From a virus (Duplodnaviria; Caudoviricetes), in the IMG/VR virus record IMGVR_UViG_3300026549_000032, positions 1 through 64,000 of that record: a stretch of 64,000 nt of DNA, one strand, 5' to 3'. The notes below the pieces were generated by a model, which was given only the letters and a program-made list of their open reading frames with translations, made no database searches and had not been told where the DNA came from. The position numbers and the translations under genes are program-made. Shown in pieces: positions 48,442-59,208 of the stretch. How positions within the stretch are numbered: position 1 is the first letter of the stretch; each line of letters begins with the position of its first letter.

Positions 48442-51400
48442 ATGAAACATAACGGACAGAATATTATCTTCGACGAAGATGTTACACTGACCGGCAGTCT
48501 CGCAGGCCAAAAGCTCTCTGACATAATCAGGGAGCAGGCCGAAGAGATTGAACGTCTTAAGAGTAACCTCAAGTGGATCTACAAATATGGTGGAGTTGGA
48601 GGTAGTGGTGGCTCCGGTGGCGGCGGGGGTAGTGCTAGTGGCTATGTGCTATTTGCATCCCTTGGTTCTGTCCAGATGAGCAACCAGAGCGTAGCATTTA
48701 ACGGAGAAGGTAACTACGATCTTTACATTAAGATTACTCGACCTAATGGAGCTTCGTTTAGAGTAACTTACTCCTATGAGGTAATGAATAGTAGTGGTGT
48801 AAAGACGACGGCTTCGACCACCGTAACGCTTGACGTTTCGAGAAACTATGAGTATTCAGCAACTCTTAATCTGAACTGTAATGGTCGTGTAACAGTTACT
48901 GCGGTTGACTCTATCTATAATGAGACCAAGGCTAACTACCTTGACTACATTATCGAGTCTTACTCCGTAACGGGTTCTCTGGTGGATGATACAGGTAAAG
49001 TCTATGACTCTAACGAAATCTTCACTAGTGAGGCTGGTACACGTGGTTTGAAATATAGAGTCTCCTATGATATTGCTGTTGAATCTAATGGTAATACTTG
49101 TTACTTCGTCTTCAGTAAAGGTAACGAGATCCATACTGCAACAGCTGATCTTGAGGGTTCAAGGGGATATTATGATTTCGATATAAAAGACTTCATTGCC
49201 CTTAACGAAGCTAATTCTGGTTATTATTCGGTAACAGCAACAGTTAATTTGAACTTGGTTGGTCAGAGAACAGATCCTATCGTTATGGTGACATCGTTTA
49301 ACCTTGTCCCACAACAGCTGTTCTTGCTAGTTCAGCCTAGTACAGGTTCTATCTATACTGAACACCACTCAGACTATGCTACAAATCCGGACGTCTATAA
49401 ATATGGGGCTGGTTTTATCAGCTTTAATGTACGTCCTTACTTAGGTTCGGAAACTTCGGCCACTGCTGAAATTAAGTATTATGTAATCGATGCAGAGGGT
49501 AATCGTACGAATGACTTTACGGGAACTGGTATTAGTACAAAGCTTGGTTCACAGACAGAGATTTCAATCTATGCTGGAACACCAGGTCATTGTCGAATCT
49601 TCTTCCAAGTAACTTCATCTGGTACGACATATCCTTCGCCTGATACAGCAGGAGCAGTGGATGGTTATATTGTGTACCACTTCTATATTGAAGCTATGAG
49701 CGCTAATATTGACTGGTATTCTGAGGATATGGCTAGAACTGCCACTCAGAACTACTGGCGATTAGCTGAGCATACAAACTCGATGCAAGCCTTTGAGAAT
49801 CTGGCTAAGAGTAATATCTATCAGCAGACTGCTAACAAAGGTGACATTACACTGAGCAATCTTACTCTCCCTGCTAATATCTCTGGTGGTGCTTCGTATA
49901 ACAGTAATATAGCTATTGGTATACAGTTTAACGAAGTTAACTCTGAAACGACTCCAATCTTGACAGGTAAGTATAAAGGAGAAACTGCTTTGGTACTGAC
50001 TCAAAATTCAGTAACAATCCACAACACTACCTTCCCATACTTCCTTCCGAAGATTCGTAATTATAATAAGTCTGATAATCAGAACTATCACTTAGTTAAT
50101 ATTGTTTCTAGAAAGGTTAGCAGAATTGGTAACTTTGACTACTTCGAGGTAGCTATCTATGTGGATGGTATCTTGGAAGGTGGCTCACAGACCTTTACGT
50201 CTCAGGCCTTAATCATCGACCAACTTATTATCGGTCAGACTAACTCTTTTATTAACCTTCTAGAGTCTACATACATGGTAGCTCCTGACGTATCTGTTCC
50301 ATTGGATAATGATATTTATAGGTACTACCTGAAGTATAAGAATAGAATTATCTTGAGCAATGTATCAGACGATGAGTTGACTCTTTTGACTTATAGTGAT
50401 AAATTTACTCTTGATGGCAATGATGTGTATTGCACATCTTCTGATGTTATTGAGAATATCGCTAGGGTCCTGGACGTACCAACTCTTGTGCTTACTATGG
50501 CTCAAGATTATAAAGCAATCTTGGATGCTGGTTACAATGAGAACGACGAGATTGACCCCATTGAGGTTAGTGTTCGATATGCTGCCGCTCATGGTAACTT
50601 ATTGCCCATTGAATTCCCAACAGAGTTTATGGGTACGGCATATTTCACGATTCAGATCCAGGGTTCGTCTACCAAGACCTATAAGTGTAAAAACTATACC
50701 CTGACCTTAAATAACCGTGATGAATCTGAGACTGCATCACACTTCGTTTACTCACCGAACTATAAGAGTGTATCTGGTTTAACCGGTGATGCTGTAACGG
50801 AGGCTTACAAGACGTTCCTCCCCGAGGAATCATTTACCTTGAAGGCCGACGTTGTGGACTCTAGCCATAGTAACAATACCTCTATTGGTAAATTTGTAAA
50901 TGATGTAACAAAAGATTTTGATACCACATCCTACACGAACTCTCGTAACAACTTGATGGGTTATACTAAGAACTGTCTTGATGGTTTCCCATGTGTTGTT
51001 TACCTGTGCATCCCTCGTGTGGAGAATGGTATAACTACAACATATTATTACTACCAGGGTGTATATAACTTCAACCTTGGTCGTGAGTCTTTCTACAACC
51101 TTGGCTATAAGGATGCCTCTGTCTTCTGTGACACAACAGGTACCCCTAAACTGAAGGATGCTGGAACAGGTTTCTGCTTCCACCGTGTAGAAAACTCTGA
51201 GGACTACTCGTTGAAAAATGGTCTGGTAGTAGCTGAAATTCAGGGTAATAGCCCATACTTTGATTTCTCTCAGTGGGATAGCACTATCCTTTACAAGAGC
51301 TTGAGCAGTGTATCGAAGGATAATGAAACTTATATGTTCGATGACTTCGTGACTGGTTCTGACTTGAATGAAGCAAGTGCAAAGACTATCCTCCAGAACT

Positions 51401-54400
51401 TCGTTAAAAATGTATCTCTGGCCGGTGGTTATCTTTTCAATGAGATTAAAAAAAAGTTTGGTGATTCTACAACCGATTACGGTTACCGCGATGGTTACTC
51501 TACTTTGAATGATCAGGGAAATCCTGCTAACCAGGTCCCCAACTATCGAGTTCATATTAAGAAGTCGCTATCTGGTGAAACTCAGGTCTTCAATGTTGAC
51601 CCAAGCGTAACCATTAACGCAGGCGAGCTTAATGACTTGTCGGCTTTGATTCTTGGTGACAATGGTGATAACGGTTTCCTCGATTTTAGATCTCTGAGTG
51701 AATATTATACGATCTGTATGGCGTTTGGTCTAGTAGACTCTGTTCAGAAAAATATGAACTTAAAGAGCTGGAATGCTAACGCCGGATCCGGTCGAGCAAA
51801 GTTCTATACTGCATTCTATGATATGGATACCTGTCTTGGTATTAACAATGCTGGTAAAGATGTATCATACTTTGCGTTCAGTGATTACTGGAGCTATGAT
51901 GATAGCAACGTTGACTCTGAGGGTACTGTTACCCCAACATCAGTTACTATCTATCGTGACTTTAGCCCAAGAGCATCTAGTGGTTCTACTATTGGTGCAG
52001 CTGACTTCTACGATACTCCTAGCTCTTACCTCTTTGCCGTAGCTAAGTATGCTCGTTTGAGAGCTGCTAACATGTCAATCAACGGTGAAACTTTAGGTAT
52101 AGCTGCTACAGCTTTGTTCCCACAAGAACTTTGGGCTAAGTGGCGTGCCGGTACGACGGACGAAGGAGATGCAACAGTAGGTTGTTTGGCTAGCGCTGAG
52201 CACTTTATGAACAACTACTTCTCGAATAACCTCGGTAAGGTTGGTATCCCGATGGTGAACCTGAACTACCGTAACAAGTACTTCATCAAGTCCACTAACA
52301 AAGATGTAAGCCAGACAACGACAGGTTATTCTGCACTGAACTTCGCTAAATTTAACGGTACTCGTATTGCAAAAGCCACGGACTGGTTGGATGGTCGTTT
52401 CCATATCCTGGATGCTTACTTCAATCTTCCGAAGTCAACATCTAGCTTCCAGTATTATAACGATAATGGAAACTATGTAAACGTTCCTATCGCCGGTACA
52501 ACGGATCAGTTCTTAGGAGAACCTACATACGAATCGTCAGCATATAACCTCGCTGATAACTCTGATATTTTTGTCTTACAAGATATATTCGCTGGACAGG
52601 GTGGTGTAAACCAAACTGCCGGTGACCTCGATATCAATGTGAAGGCTAAGGAATATAGCCCACTTATCATTAATACGGCCAACTCAGGCGTTCGTTATCT
52701 GTTAGGCGGTAATGATAAGAAATATCACATTCGTGTCCCCTTGTCAGGTAACCAGACGTACTCATTCTATGGTTCTGGTTCATGGACGGATCTTGATAGT
52801 ATTAATACCTTCAACTTTACTACTCTTAATGTAAGTACTAAGTACTTGGAGAACTTGAGTGGTGATAGTACGAGAACTAACATGGTTATAGGTACTATTA
52901 ACATGCCATCTCTGAAGAACCTGAGTCTGACTTCTCGTACATACTCTGGTGAACTTGTAATAACGGGTGAGCAATATCCTAACCTTGGCTTTGTCAATGT
53001 TAGTAACTCTCAGATTAAGCTTGATATTCAGAATAGTACTTTCACTAATTTGAATATTAGTAACATGACGACGGAGAAGGTAAGTGTCCTTGGATGTACT
53101 AACCTTCAGAACGTTGTGTTTGGAACAGGTGGATCTGGTACAGTTAGTACGACTATTGATAACCTCCAAATTCAGCCTATGTCTGCTAGTCAGCTTAGGA
53201 GTGGAGTAACTATCAATAACAGTCGTATCAAGAACTTGACTATGGTCAATACTACCTATACTGGAAATAGAACAAAGCTTGTTATTCAGAATGACGAAGC
53301 TCTGACAACTATTAGTGTACGTGGTATATCTGACGTAGAGGTAATTGGATGTCCTAATCTGACAAACTTATATATCCAGGATCCTGAAACTCCAACTAGT
53401 GGTGATCCTAATGGTGATTACCTGACAACCATTGTTGTTAGGAACTGTGGTACAGTTAATACTGACTTTAGGGTGGGTAGTGCTACTACTACTACTACTA
53501 CTGTTGACTTAACTAATTTCAGTCACCTAAGTGTTGTAGAGTTCCGTAATATTCCTGGAATGGTTACTTGTATGCTATCTACTACTAGCACGGTTACCTT
53601 AGGTAATAGTGCATTTGCAGATAGTAATAACATGAGAACTCTTAGTGGTCAAAAGATTATCCTGAATGGTACTGGTATCTTCAGTAACTGTGGAGCTTTC
53701 ACAATGAAGACTGAAACTGGTGCTTGGACTAACATGGAAATCTCTAACTCACTGACCTCTCTGAATAGCATGTTCTCAACGAACGTTGGTTCTGCTATTA
53801 CACTGGAGGCAGCAAGACGCTTCATAACCAATGTAGTTGGCAGCAAGGCTTCTCAGATTACAAGCATGTCTAGTACTTTCCACGGACAGAGTCAAATTGT
53901 TTATGGTTTAAGCCAGTTACGAGATGATCTCCGTGGTAGCAGTAACTATATTGACTTGAGTTCTTTCACAAATTTGAGCAATGTATCTGGCTTGTTCGCT
54001 TGGTCTGGTGTACGAGCTATCCACAAGAAGATGGTTGCTTTCGGTGCAAATGTTAGCACAGTTTCCTTCAGTAGGTTCCTCTTCTACGGAGACCTCTACA
54101 TGGAAATTGATGCACTGGCTAATGTCATCGATAAGATAGATTACCTATGGGATAGTAGTCCAGATTACCAAAGATATATATCAACTCTCCATATAGTTAA
54201 TTCTAATGGCGTAGAGAGAACAGATACCATTCCTCTTAAAGACTTCTTCCACCCTGGAGGTAAACACCCGACAAGATTGGTAGAGCTATCTCGATTTGAA
54301 TTGGCTAAAGGTCAGACATTCGATATGGCAGATGTCTTTAAGAATTGGACATCTCTGACTACACTTCATAGTGCGTTCTATAACAGTCATGCCCGTTTGA

Positions 54401-56403
54401 TTAACCTCAATGAACTATTTAAGTATGCAACAGGTTTGAAGTATGTTTACGACTCACTTCGTATTTCTAATACCTCCGAACCAGTTGATCTTATGGAGCT
54501 CTTTAATTGGGATGTCCTGATCACCAACAATACTCGTGACATCTTCACGGAAAATAGTTCATATCGTGGAGAAGGTAGTTTTGCTATGACTAAATACATC
54601 AAGAGTCTTAACGAGTTTGAAACTCTCGTTAGAAAATTGATAGGTCCTAGTACGACGTCTTCAACTCGACTAACTGGTATAAGTAATATATTCCGTCAGT
54701 GTACTGTATTCATTACTGATCCTAGTCAAGCTCAATTGAACCTAGAGGCTCTGTCGATCAATAATAATATTGTTTCGATGAACTCTACGTTCCGTGACTT
54801 TAAGATGGTTGTTCCGGCTAACCCCGTGACACAAGATAACGTAGTTAGTGAGATTGGTGGTACTCCAGAATTTATTGCTCTTAAGGAAGGTCTCTTTACA
54901 TATGTTCCAAAGGTAGCTTACCTTAACCGTACTTTCCTGAATATGCGCATAGCTAATTCGATCCCTTATAACTTCTTCGGTCTCCGAAGAATTAAGAGAT
55001 ATCAATACTATGTGAAAGATGGAAGTGATTATCTGATAGGTAACTACTATAACCATACCTACGACGCTCAGCTTGTCGACCTTAGTTGCATGTTTATGAA
55101 TGTTAGATGGTATAGTGAGAATGGTGGAGTAAATGCTAGATTCTTCCAGGACGATCCAGAAATTCTTAGTGCAAACCGCTTTGAGGTACTGAGGGTAGAT
55201 GGTAGTACTGTAACTAACGAAGTTATTAGAACTATTACTGATCCGGATGAAACCTTCTATCAGAGAAGAGAAGATCCTATCTATGATGAACAAGGAAATC
55301 CAACAGGTGAAGTAAGTGTTAGATATGTAGCCGCCGGTAAGATTGGTAGCAATACTGAAATTACCGATACAGAGAACTTAAGAGGTAATTATAAACACTC
55401 CTTCTCTATCTCCTTGAGAACATCGGGGGGTTCAGATTTCGTGAACTTGTTTACGAACTTTGGCGTAGATGAGGCTGCTGTAAACTCACTGTTTATTGCC
55501 CCTGACTTCTTCTATGGATGTAAGTCAACTGCATCAATCTCTTACTGCTTCTCTAACAGTGCTGGATATGACGACTATTGCTTAGAGGGTATTATTCCTG
55601 AGCACCTGCTTAAGAATTGTCCGAACGTGAACCTTACCCATCTATTCCAGAATCTCCACATAATTCCGAGATACCTCTGGACAGTTGGTACGGAAGGAAC
55701 TGATAGAGAGATTTATAACGTCTACTATTACGTTCCGAAGAACTTTACTAAGGCAACGGACCTGTCTAATGCATTTACCTTCAATTTCATTGCCCCAGAA
55801 TGCGCAAGCACTGATGGTAATGGCGTAACAAGGTATAATAAGTACTATGTACTCTTAGACATGTCTATTAGTAAAGATGTTTCTTCGTTAAGTGATGCTC
55901 TTCCAAGCAGGGGTTATAGTGGACTTACTCACGATTCAGTTAATGGTCATTGGCCTAACTCACATACCTATGATTATGCTATCCACTACAATATAATGTA
56001 TAACATAGCAGACGATAATGGCACTGAGTTAACGACAGGTAGTGATGGTATTGATATGAACTACTTCAAGTCGCTTCGTATTGATAACCTGGTTCCTGCT
56101 ATCATCAGCTTCTTTGGAGAGGGTGATTTGTTCAATGGAACTACGTTCACTATCAATAACGCTGCTAAGACTGACACAGCTTATGCTATAACGGCTTTTA
56201 ATCAGACGAACAACGTTATTAGTCGTAACCTTAAACTGCCTCGTGCTACTGGCTCTTGGGAGAATAAGAGACTTATCAATTGGACGGGCGATACTCTGAG
56301 TTTGCCTTTGTGGGATTTCCAGATTCCAGCTGATTCAATAAGTTCATATAGAACGATGGAGAATGGCTCTAGTCGTAGAGTTGTTGTCGAGAGTTCTCAA
56401 TAA
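48442..56403 (+). CDS. Giant CotH-kinase-like plus LRR/BspA-like repeat protein
   Basis: 'IQGSSTKTYKCKNY', 'FTLKADVVDSSHSNN', 'GVYNFNLGR', 'LVDSVQKNM', 'FYDMDTCLG', followed by LRR-like 'LKNLSL', 'CPNLTNL', 'LTSLNSMF' repeats. The N-terminus is a coiled coil with a Gly linker. Confidence 0.7.
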   Translation: MKHNGQNIIFDEDVTLTGSLAGQKLSDIIREQAEEIERLKSNLKWIYKYGGVGGSGGSGGGGGSASGYVLFASLGSVQMSNQSVAFNGEGNYDLYIKITRPNGASFRVTYSYEVMNSSGVKTTASTTVTLDVSRNYEYSATLNLNCNGRVTVTAVDSIYNETKANYLDYIIESYSVTGSLVDDTGKVYDSNEIFTSEAGTRGLKYRVSYDIAVESNGNTCYFVFSKGNEIHTATADLEGSRGYYDFDIKDFIALNEANSGYYSVTATVNLNLVGQRTDPIVMVTSFNLVPQQLFLLVQPSTGSIYTEHHSDYATNPDVYKYGAGFISFNVRPYLGSETSATAEIKYYVIDAEGNRTNDFTGTGISTKLGSQTEISIYAGTPGHCRIFFQVTSSGTTYPSPDTAGAVDGYIVYHFYIEAMSANIDWYSEDMARTATQNYWRLAEHTNSMQAFENLAKSNIYQQTANKGDITLSNLTLPANISGGASYNSNIAIGIQFNEVNSETTPILTGKYKGETALVLTQNSVTIHNTTFPYFLPKIRNYNKSDNQNYHLVNIVSRKVSRIGNFDYFEVAIYVDGILEGGSQTFTSQALIIDQLIIGQTNSFINLLESTYMVAPDVSVPLDNDIYRYYLKYKNRIILSNVSDDELTLLTYSDKFTLDGNDVYCTSSDVIENIARVLDVPTLVLTMAQDYKAILDAGYNENDEIDPIEVSVRYAAAHGNLLPIEFPTEFMGTAYFTIQIQGSSTKTYKCKNYTLTLNNRDESETASHFVYSPNYKSVSGLTGDAVTEAYKTFLPEESFTLKADVVDSSHSNNTSIGKFVNDVTKDFDTTSYTNSRNNLMGYTKNCLDGFPCVVYLCIPRVENGITTTYYYYQGVYNFNLGRESFYNLGYKDASVFCDTTGTPKLKDAGTGFCFHRVENSEDYSLKNGLVVAEIQGNSPYFDFSQWDSTILYKSLSSVSKDNETYMFDDFVTGSDLNEASAKTILQNFVKNVSLAGGYLFNEIKKKFGDSTTDYGYRDGYSTLNDQGNPANQVPNYRVHIKKSLSGETQVFNVDPSVTINAGELNDLSALILGDNGDNGFLDFRSLSEYYTICMAFGLVDSVQKNMNLKSWNANAGSGRAKFYTAFYDMDTCLGINNAGKDVSYFAFSDYWSYDDSNVDSEGTVTPTSVTIYRDFSPRASSGSTIGAADFYDTPSSYLFAVAKYARLRAANMSINGETLGIAATALFPQELWAKWRAGTTDEGDATVGCLASAEHFMNNYFSNNLGKVGIPMVNLNYRNKYFIKSTNKDVSQTTTGYSALNFAKFNGTRIAKATDWLDGRFHILDAYFNLPKSTSSFQYYNDNGNYVNVPIAGTTDQFLGEPTYESSAYNLADNSDIFVLQDIFAGQGGVNQTAGDLDINVKAKEYSPLIINTANSGVRYLLGGNDKKYHIRVPLSGNQTYSFYGSGSWTDLDSINTFNFTTLNVSTKYLENLSGDSTRTNMVIGTINMPSLKNLSLTSRTYSGELVITGEQYPNLGFVNVSNSQIKLDIQNSTFTNLNISNMTTEKVSVLGCTNLQNVVFGTGGSGTVSTTIDNLQIQPMSASQLRSGVTINNSRIKNLTMVNTTYTGNRTKLVIQNDEALTTISVRGISDVEVIGCPNLTNLYIQDPETPTSGDPNGDYLTTIVVRNCGTVNTDFRVGSATTTTTTVDLTNFSHLSVVEFRNIPGMVTCMLSTTSTVTLGNSAFADSNNMRTLSGQKIILNGTGIFSNCGAFTMKTETGAWTNMEISNSLTSLNSMFSTNVGSAITLEAARRFITNVVGSKASQITSMSSTFHGQSQIVYGLSQLRDDLRGSSNYIDLSSFTNLSNVSGLFAWSGVRAIHKKMVAFGANVSTVSFSRFLFYGDLYMEIDALANVIDKIDYLWDSSPDYQRYISTLHIVNSNGVERTDTIPLKDFFHPGGKHPTRLVELSRFELAKGQTFDMADVFKNWTSLTTLHSAFYNSHARLINLNELFKYATGLKYVYDSLRISNTSEPVDLMELFNWDVLITNNTRDIFTENSSYRGEGSFAMTKYIKSLNEFETLVRKLIGPSTTSSTRLTGISNIFRQCTVFITDPSQAQLNLEALSINNNIVSMNSTFRDFKMVVPANPVTQDNVVSEIGGTPEFIALKEGLFTYVPKVAYLNRTFLNMRIANSIPYNFFGLRRIKRYQYYVKDGSDYLIGNYYNHTYDAQLVDLSCMFMNVRWYSENGGVNARFFQDDPEILSANRFEVLRVDGSTVTNEVIRTITDPDETFYQRREDPIYDEQGNPTGEVSVRYVAAGKIGSNTEITDTENLRGNYKHSFSISLRTSGGSDFVNLFTNFGVDEAAVNSLFIAPDFFYGCKSTASISYCFSNSAGYDDYCLEGIIPEHLLKNCPNVNLTHLFQNLHIIPRYLWTVGTEGTDREIYNVYYYVPKNFTKATDLSNAFTFNFIAPECASTDGNGVTRYNKYYVLLDMSISKDVSSLSDALPSRGYSGLTHDSVNGHWPNSHTYDYAIHYNIMYNIADDNGTELTTGSDGIDMNYFKSLRIDNLVPAIISFFGEGDLFNGTTFTINNAAKTDTAYAITAFNQTNNVISRNLKLPRATGSWENKRLINWTGDTLSLPLWDFQIPADSISSYRTMENGSSRRVVVESSQ

Positions 56404-56415
56404 TATATAAAATAT

Positions 56416-56456
56416 ACTCTAGGCCTTGGGCTTAAAAACTCAAGGTCCAGAGTTTT
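56416..56456 (+). terminator. Terminator-like hairpin after the kinase gene
   Basis: ACTCT-A-GGCCTTGGG / CTCAAGGTC-C-AGAGT, followed by TTT. Confidence 0.6.
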
Positions 56457-56471
56457 ATAAAATACAAATAA

Positions 56472-57650
56472 ATGTTTCATATATCATCAAACTTTTCATA
56501 TAAGTCAACTGATTGGCTTGATGCTAGACAAGGCCAGGCTAAAACTAAATCAGACCTCTTACACTGGAATATTCCAGTCCCCGAGGGATTTATGGGCTGC
56601 TTGGATGGTATTTGGTACTATTACGATTCTCTGAAGTCTGATCCTGAAACTGGTCATTGGGTTCCATATGTAGCGGGTGATATTAATGAGGTTACTCCTG
56701 AGGAAGACTTGAAGCGTGCAGTTGCCGTAGGTGTTATTCGTGGACTGAATGAAGACGTTGTTACTCTTAAAAAGCAAACAAAGCTTATGGATAACGTCTT
56801 ATTCCCGGTTCAGATTACCTCCGCTAAAGCTGATACGACCTACAATAGTTCTCAGAGTGATCAACTGGAGGAAGACTCTGCTCTTATTCTCCCTATCATT
56901 CAAAACTTAATCTCTAGTGGTCAGTATAAGGAGGAATATGACATCAACGATGACGGTATAATCAACACCGACGACCGTGACGCTTGGGCAGCCTTGTTCA
57001 ATAATTGTCGTAACTCCTATTCTTACTTGGCGGCTGGTACTGAAGCAACTTATTGGCTTGAAGTCGGTTCGTTTATCCGACCTAAGATAACATGGAGTGT
57101 TAAGAAACAGGGATCTAGTGCTATTCCAGAAATAGATACCTCTACTGTTACTGGTCCTACAAACGGCGTAGTGAAGGATTTTACCTGGACAAGTAAGACG
57201 GGCTTAAGTAATAACTCGGTGGCAACCTACAAATATAATATCAAGTCTATAGTGGACGAAGATATCTGGGCCGAGGCATCGGTTAATTACAAGTTTGGTT
57301 ATAAAACTTATACCGGCACAGGGAACGAAGCCTTCGGAGAAAAGTTATGGTATACTATGACTGACCTGGTTGGTTTCGATGGTACCTTTGTTGAGAACGG
57401 TAAGATGTCTGCCAAGACGTTTAACTGTTCTGGTGGTAAGTATCCTTACATCTTGATTCCTAAAGTTTACTATAGCTCTTCTAACAAGACCTATGTAAAT
57501 GATAACCTGATGTCTGACTTCAAAGTAGTTGGTGTCAATCCGGGAGAGATCGTTCAGGTTAAGAATAATCGTGGTGTCAATATTCCATACGTTCTCTTAC
57601 GAACCACATATATCCAGACAGGTAGTGCAATTAAAATAGACATAAGATAA
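56472..57650 (+). CDS. Modular fibre/adaptor protein with a dockerin/EF-hand-like loop
   Basis: N-terminus 'ISSNFSYKS...LDAR' is shared with 59209. It contains 'YDINDDGIINTDD', and the C-terminal 'GKYPYILIP' domain is related to 42054 and 58243. Confidence 0.55.
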   Translation: MFHISSNFSYKSTDWLDARQGQAKTKSDLLHWNIPVPEGFMGCLDGIWYYYDSLKSDPETGHWVPYVAGDINEVTPEEDLKRAVAVGVIRGLNEDVVTLKKQTKLMDNVLFPVQITSAKADTTYNSSQSDQLEEDSALILPIIQNLISSGQYKEEYDINDDGIINTDDRDAWAALFNNCRNSYSYLAAGTEATYWLEVGSFIRPKITWSVKKQGSSAIPEIDTSTVTGPTNGVVKDFTWTSKTGLSNNSVATYKYNIKSIVDEDIWAEASVNYKFGYKTYTGTGNEAFGEKLWYTMTDLVGFDGTFVENGKMSAKTFNCSGGKYPYILIPKVYYSSSNKTYVNDNLMSDFKVVGVNPGEIVQVKNNRGVNIPYVLLRTTYIQTGSAIKIDIR

Positions 57651-58240
57651 TGGTAAAAGTACTAATTGATAACGGACATGGACAAGGGAGTCTAAAAGGT
57701 TCTCCCGATGGAAAACATAAAGAGTGGAAGTGGGCTAGAGCTATGGCTAAACGCTTAGCTATTCGCCTCAATCATTATGGTATTCCTTCACATATTCTAG
57801 TCCCTGAAGACGCTGACATTAGTTTAAAAGATAGAGCCGCACGTGCAAATGCAATCGCCGCTAAGGAAAAGTGTATCCTTGTCTCCATCCACTGTAACGC
57901 AAGTGGAGCTGATGGGAAATGGCACGATGCCCATGGTTGGTCTGTATTCGTATCTCTCAATGCCTCTGGCAATTCAAAGGCTCTTGCTTCTATGATGTCT
58001 GTTTGTGCGGAAGGAACTGGTATTAAAGTGAGAAAGCCTGATCCACAGCACGGTTACTGGAAACAGAACTTGGCTATCTGTAGAAATACGTCTTGTCCGG
58101 CAGTACTTGTAGAAAACATGTTCCAAGATAATAAAGAAGATGTAAAGTATCTTCTCTCTGAAGAAGGACAAGTTAACTTGTGCGAAATCATGGTAGAAGG
58201 TATCTGTAATTATCTTGGGATTCAATATAGTAATGATTAA
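57650..58240 (+). CDS. N-acetylmuramoyl-L-alanine amidase (Amidase_3), probable endolysin
   Basis: Zn-binding and catalytic motifs 'LIDNGHG', 'KE', 'LVSIHCNA', 'PAVLVENMFQDN'. Confidence 0.92.
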   Translation: MVKVLIDNGHGQGSLKGSPDGKHKEWKWARAMAKRLAIRLNHYGIPSHILVPEDADISLKDRAARANAIAAKEKCILVSIHCNASGADGKWHDAHGWSVFVSLNASGNSKALASMMSVCAEGTGIKVRKPDPQHGYWKQNLAICRNTSCPAVLVENMFQDNKEDVKYLLSEEGQVNLCEIMVEGICNYLGIQYSND

Positions 58241-58242
58241 TT

Positions 58243-59205
58243 ATGGGATCTAGATTCAAAGTTCAACTTGATACTGAGGGCAACGACTATTTTCCAGCAA
58301 CCCTCACCGATGCAGTTGGGCACGAACAGACAAAAACATCCCTGACAAAACTTCTTAAGACATACGATTTATCCACCATTTGGCCAACAGAAGGCCTGCA
58401 AGGTGGTGTGTTCTACGACATTACACAGGCCATTGCGGTCTTGAATGAACACTTGACAGAGGAACAGAAGATTCCAGGAGTAAGAGCTCAGTTCTTAAAT
58501 ACTGGTAGCCGCTTAGAGGAGTGGCAGTACTTTGGAAATAACTTTAACTTTACCAATGAGTTAGGTTGGGGTCAGGTTGATTCCAGTGTGCTCAATGAGT
58601 TAGGTGCTGCTGTATTCCCCTTGTCGGTTACTCTGAACATAAGTAAGACTCTCTTACAGACGGGTAATGTTTATGATGTTAATCTGTCCTGGGCTGTGTT
58701 TAGAAAGGGAATCAATGTATCAGTCAATGCTATGAAGTACTTGAATGATGTGATGACCTTGAAAGTCGAAGAAACAGTTCGTATACAAGAACCAAGTGCA
58801 ACTACATTATCTTATAAATTTATGGCTTCGTATCAAGGACTAAGTGATACCGTAACGAAGACTATCAAAGTAGTAGATCCGTCTTACTCTGGAAAACTAG
58901 AGCCTACTGATGGAACGGATACGGTTGCCATAGGAAATGCTATTTATGCAGGAAAATTGAACCAGACTAGCTCTTTGCTGTCTAGTCGTAGTTATACTTG
59001 GTCTGGGATTAATCTGAATAATCAGAAATCGTGTTTTGTGTACCCAGCCGCTTTCGGCAAACTCTCGAATATACGAGACGCTAATAATTTTGAATATCTC
59101 GGTTCCTATACTCAAACCGACGTAGTAGTGAATGGTGTACAATATTACGCCTATACTTTAACAGACCCTGTAACAATAACGGGATTTAAACAAACCTTTA
59201 GTTAA
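58243..59205 (+). CDS. Modular fibre/adaptor protein
   Basis: N-terminus 'YFPATLTDAV'; C-terminal 'CFVYPAAFGKLSNIRDANNFEY...VNGVQYYAY' domain is homologous to 42054..43598. Confidence 0.6.
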   Translation: MGSRFKVQLDTEGNDYFPATLTDAVGHEQTKTSLTKLLKTYDLSTIWPTEGLQGGVFYDITQAIAVLNEHLTEEQKIPGVRAQFLNTGSRLEEWQYFGNNFNFTNELGWGQVDSSVLNELGAAVFPLSVTLNISKTLLQTGNVYDVNLSWAVFRKGINVSVNAMKYLNDVMTLKVEETVRIQEPSATTLSYKFMASYQGLSDTVTKTIKVVDPSYSGKLEPTDGTDTVAIGNAIYAGKLNQTSSLLSSRSYTWSGINLNNQKSCFVYPAAFGKLSNIRDANNFEYLGSYTQTDVVVNGVQYYAYTLTDPVTITGFKQTFS

Positions 59206-59208
59206 GTT

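Noticed and set aside
50830-51555. 241-aa minus-strand ORF and the many other short antisense or alternate-frame ORFs
   Set aside because: They are shadows of long + strand genes with biased codon usage and show no motifs or independent expression signals.
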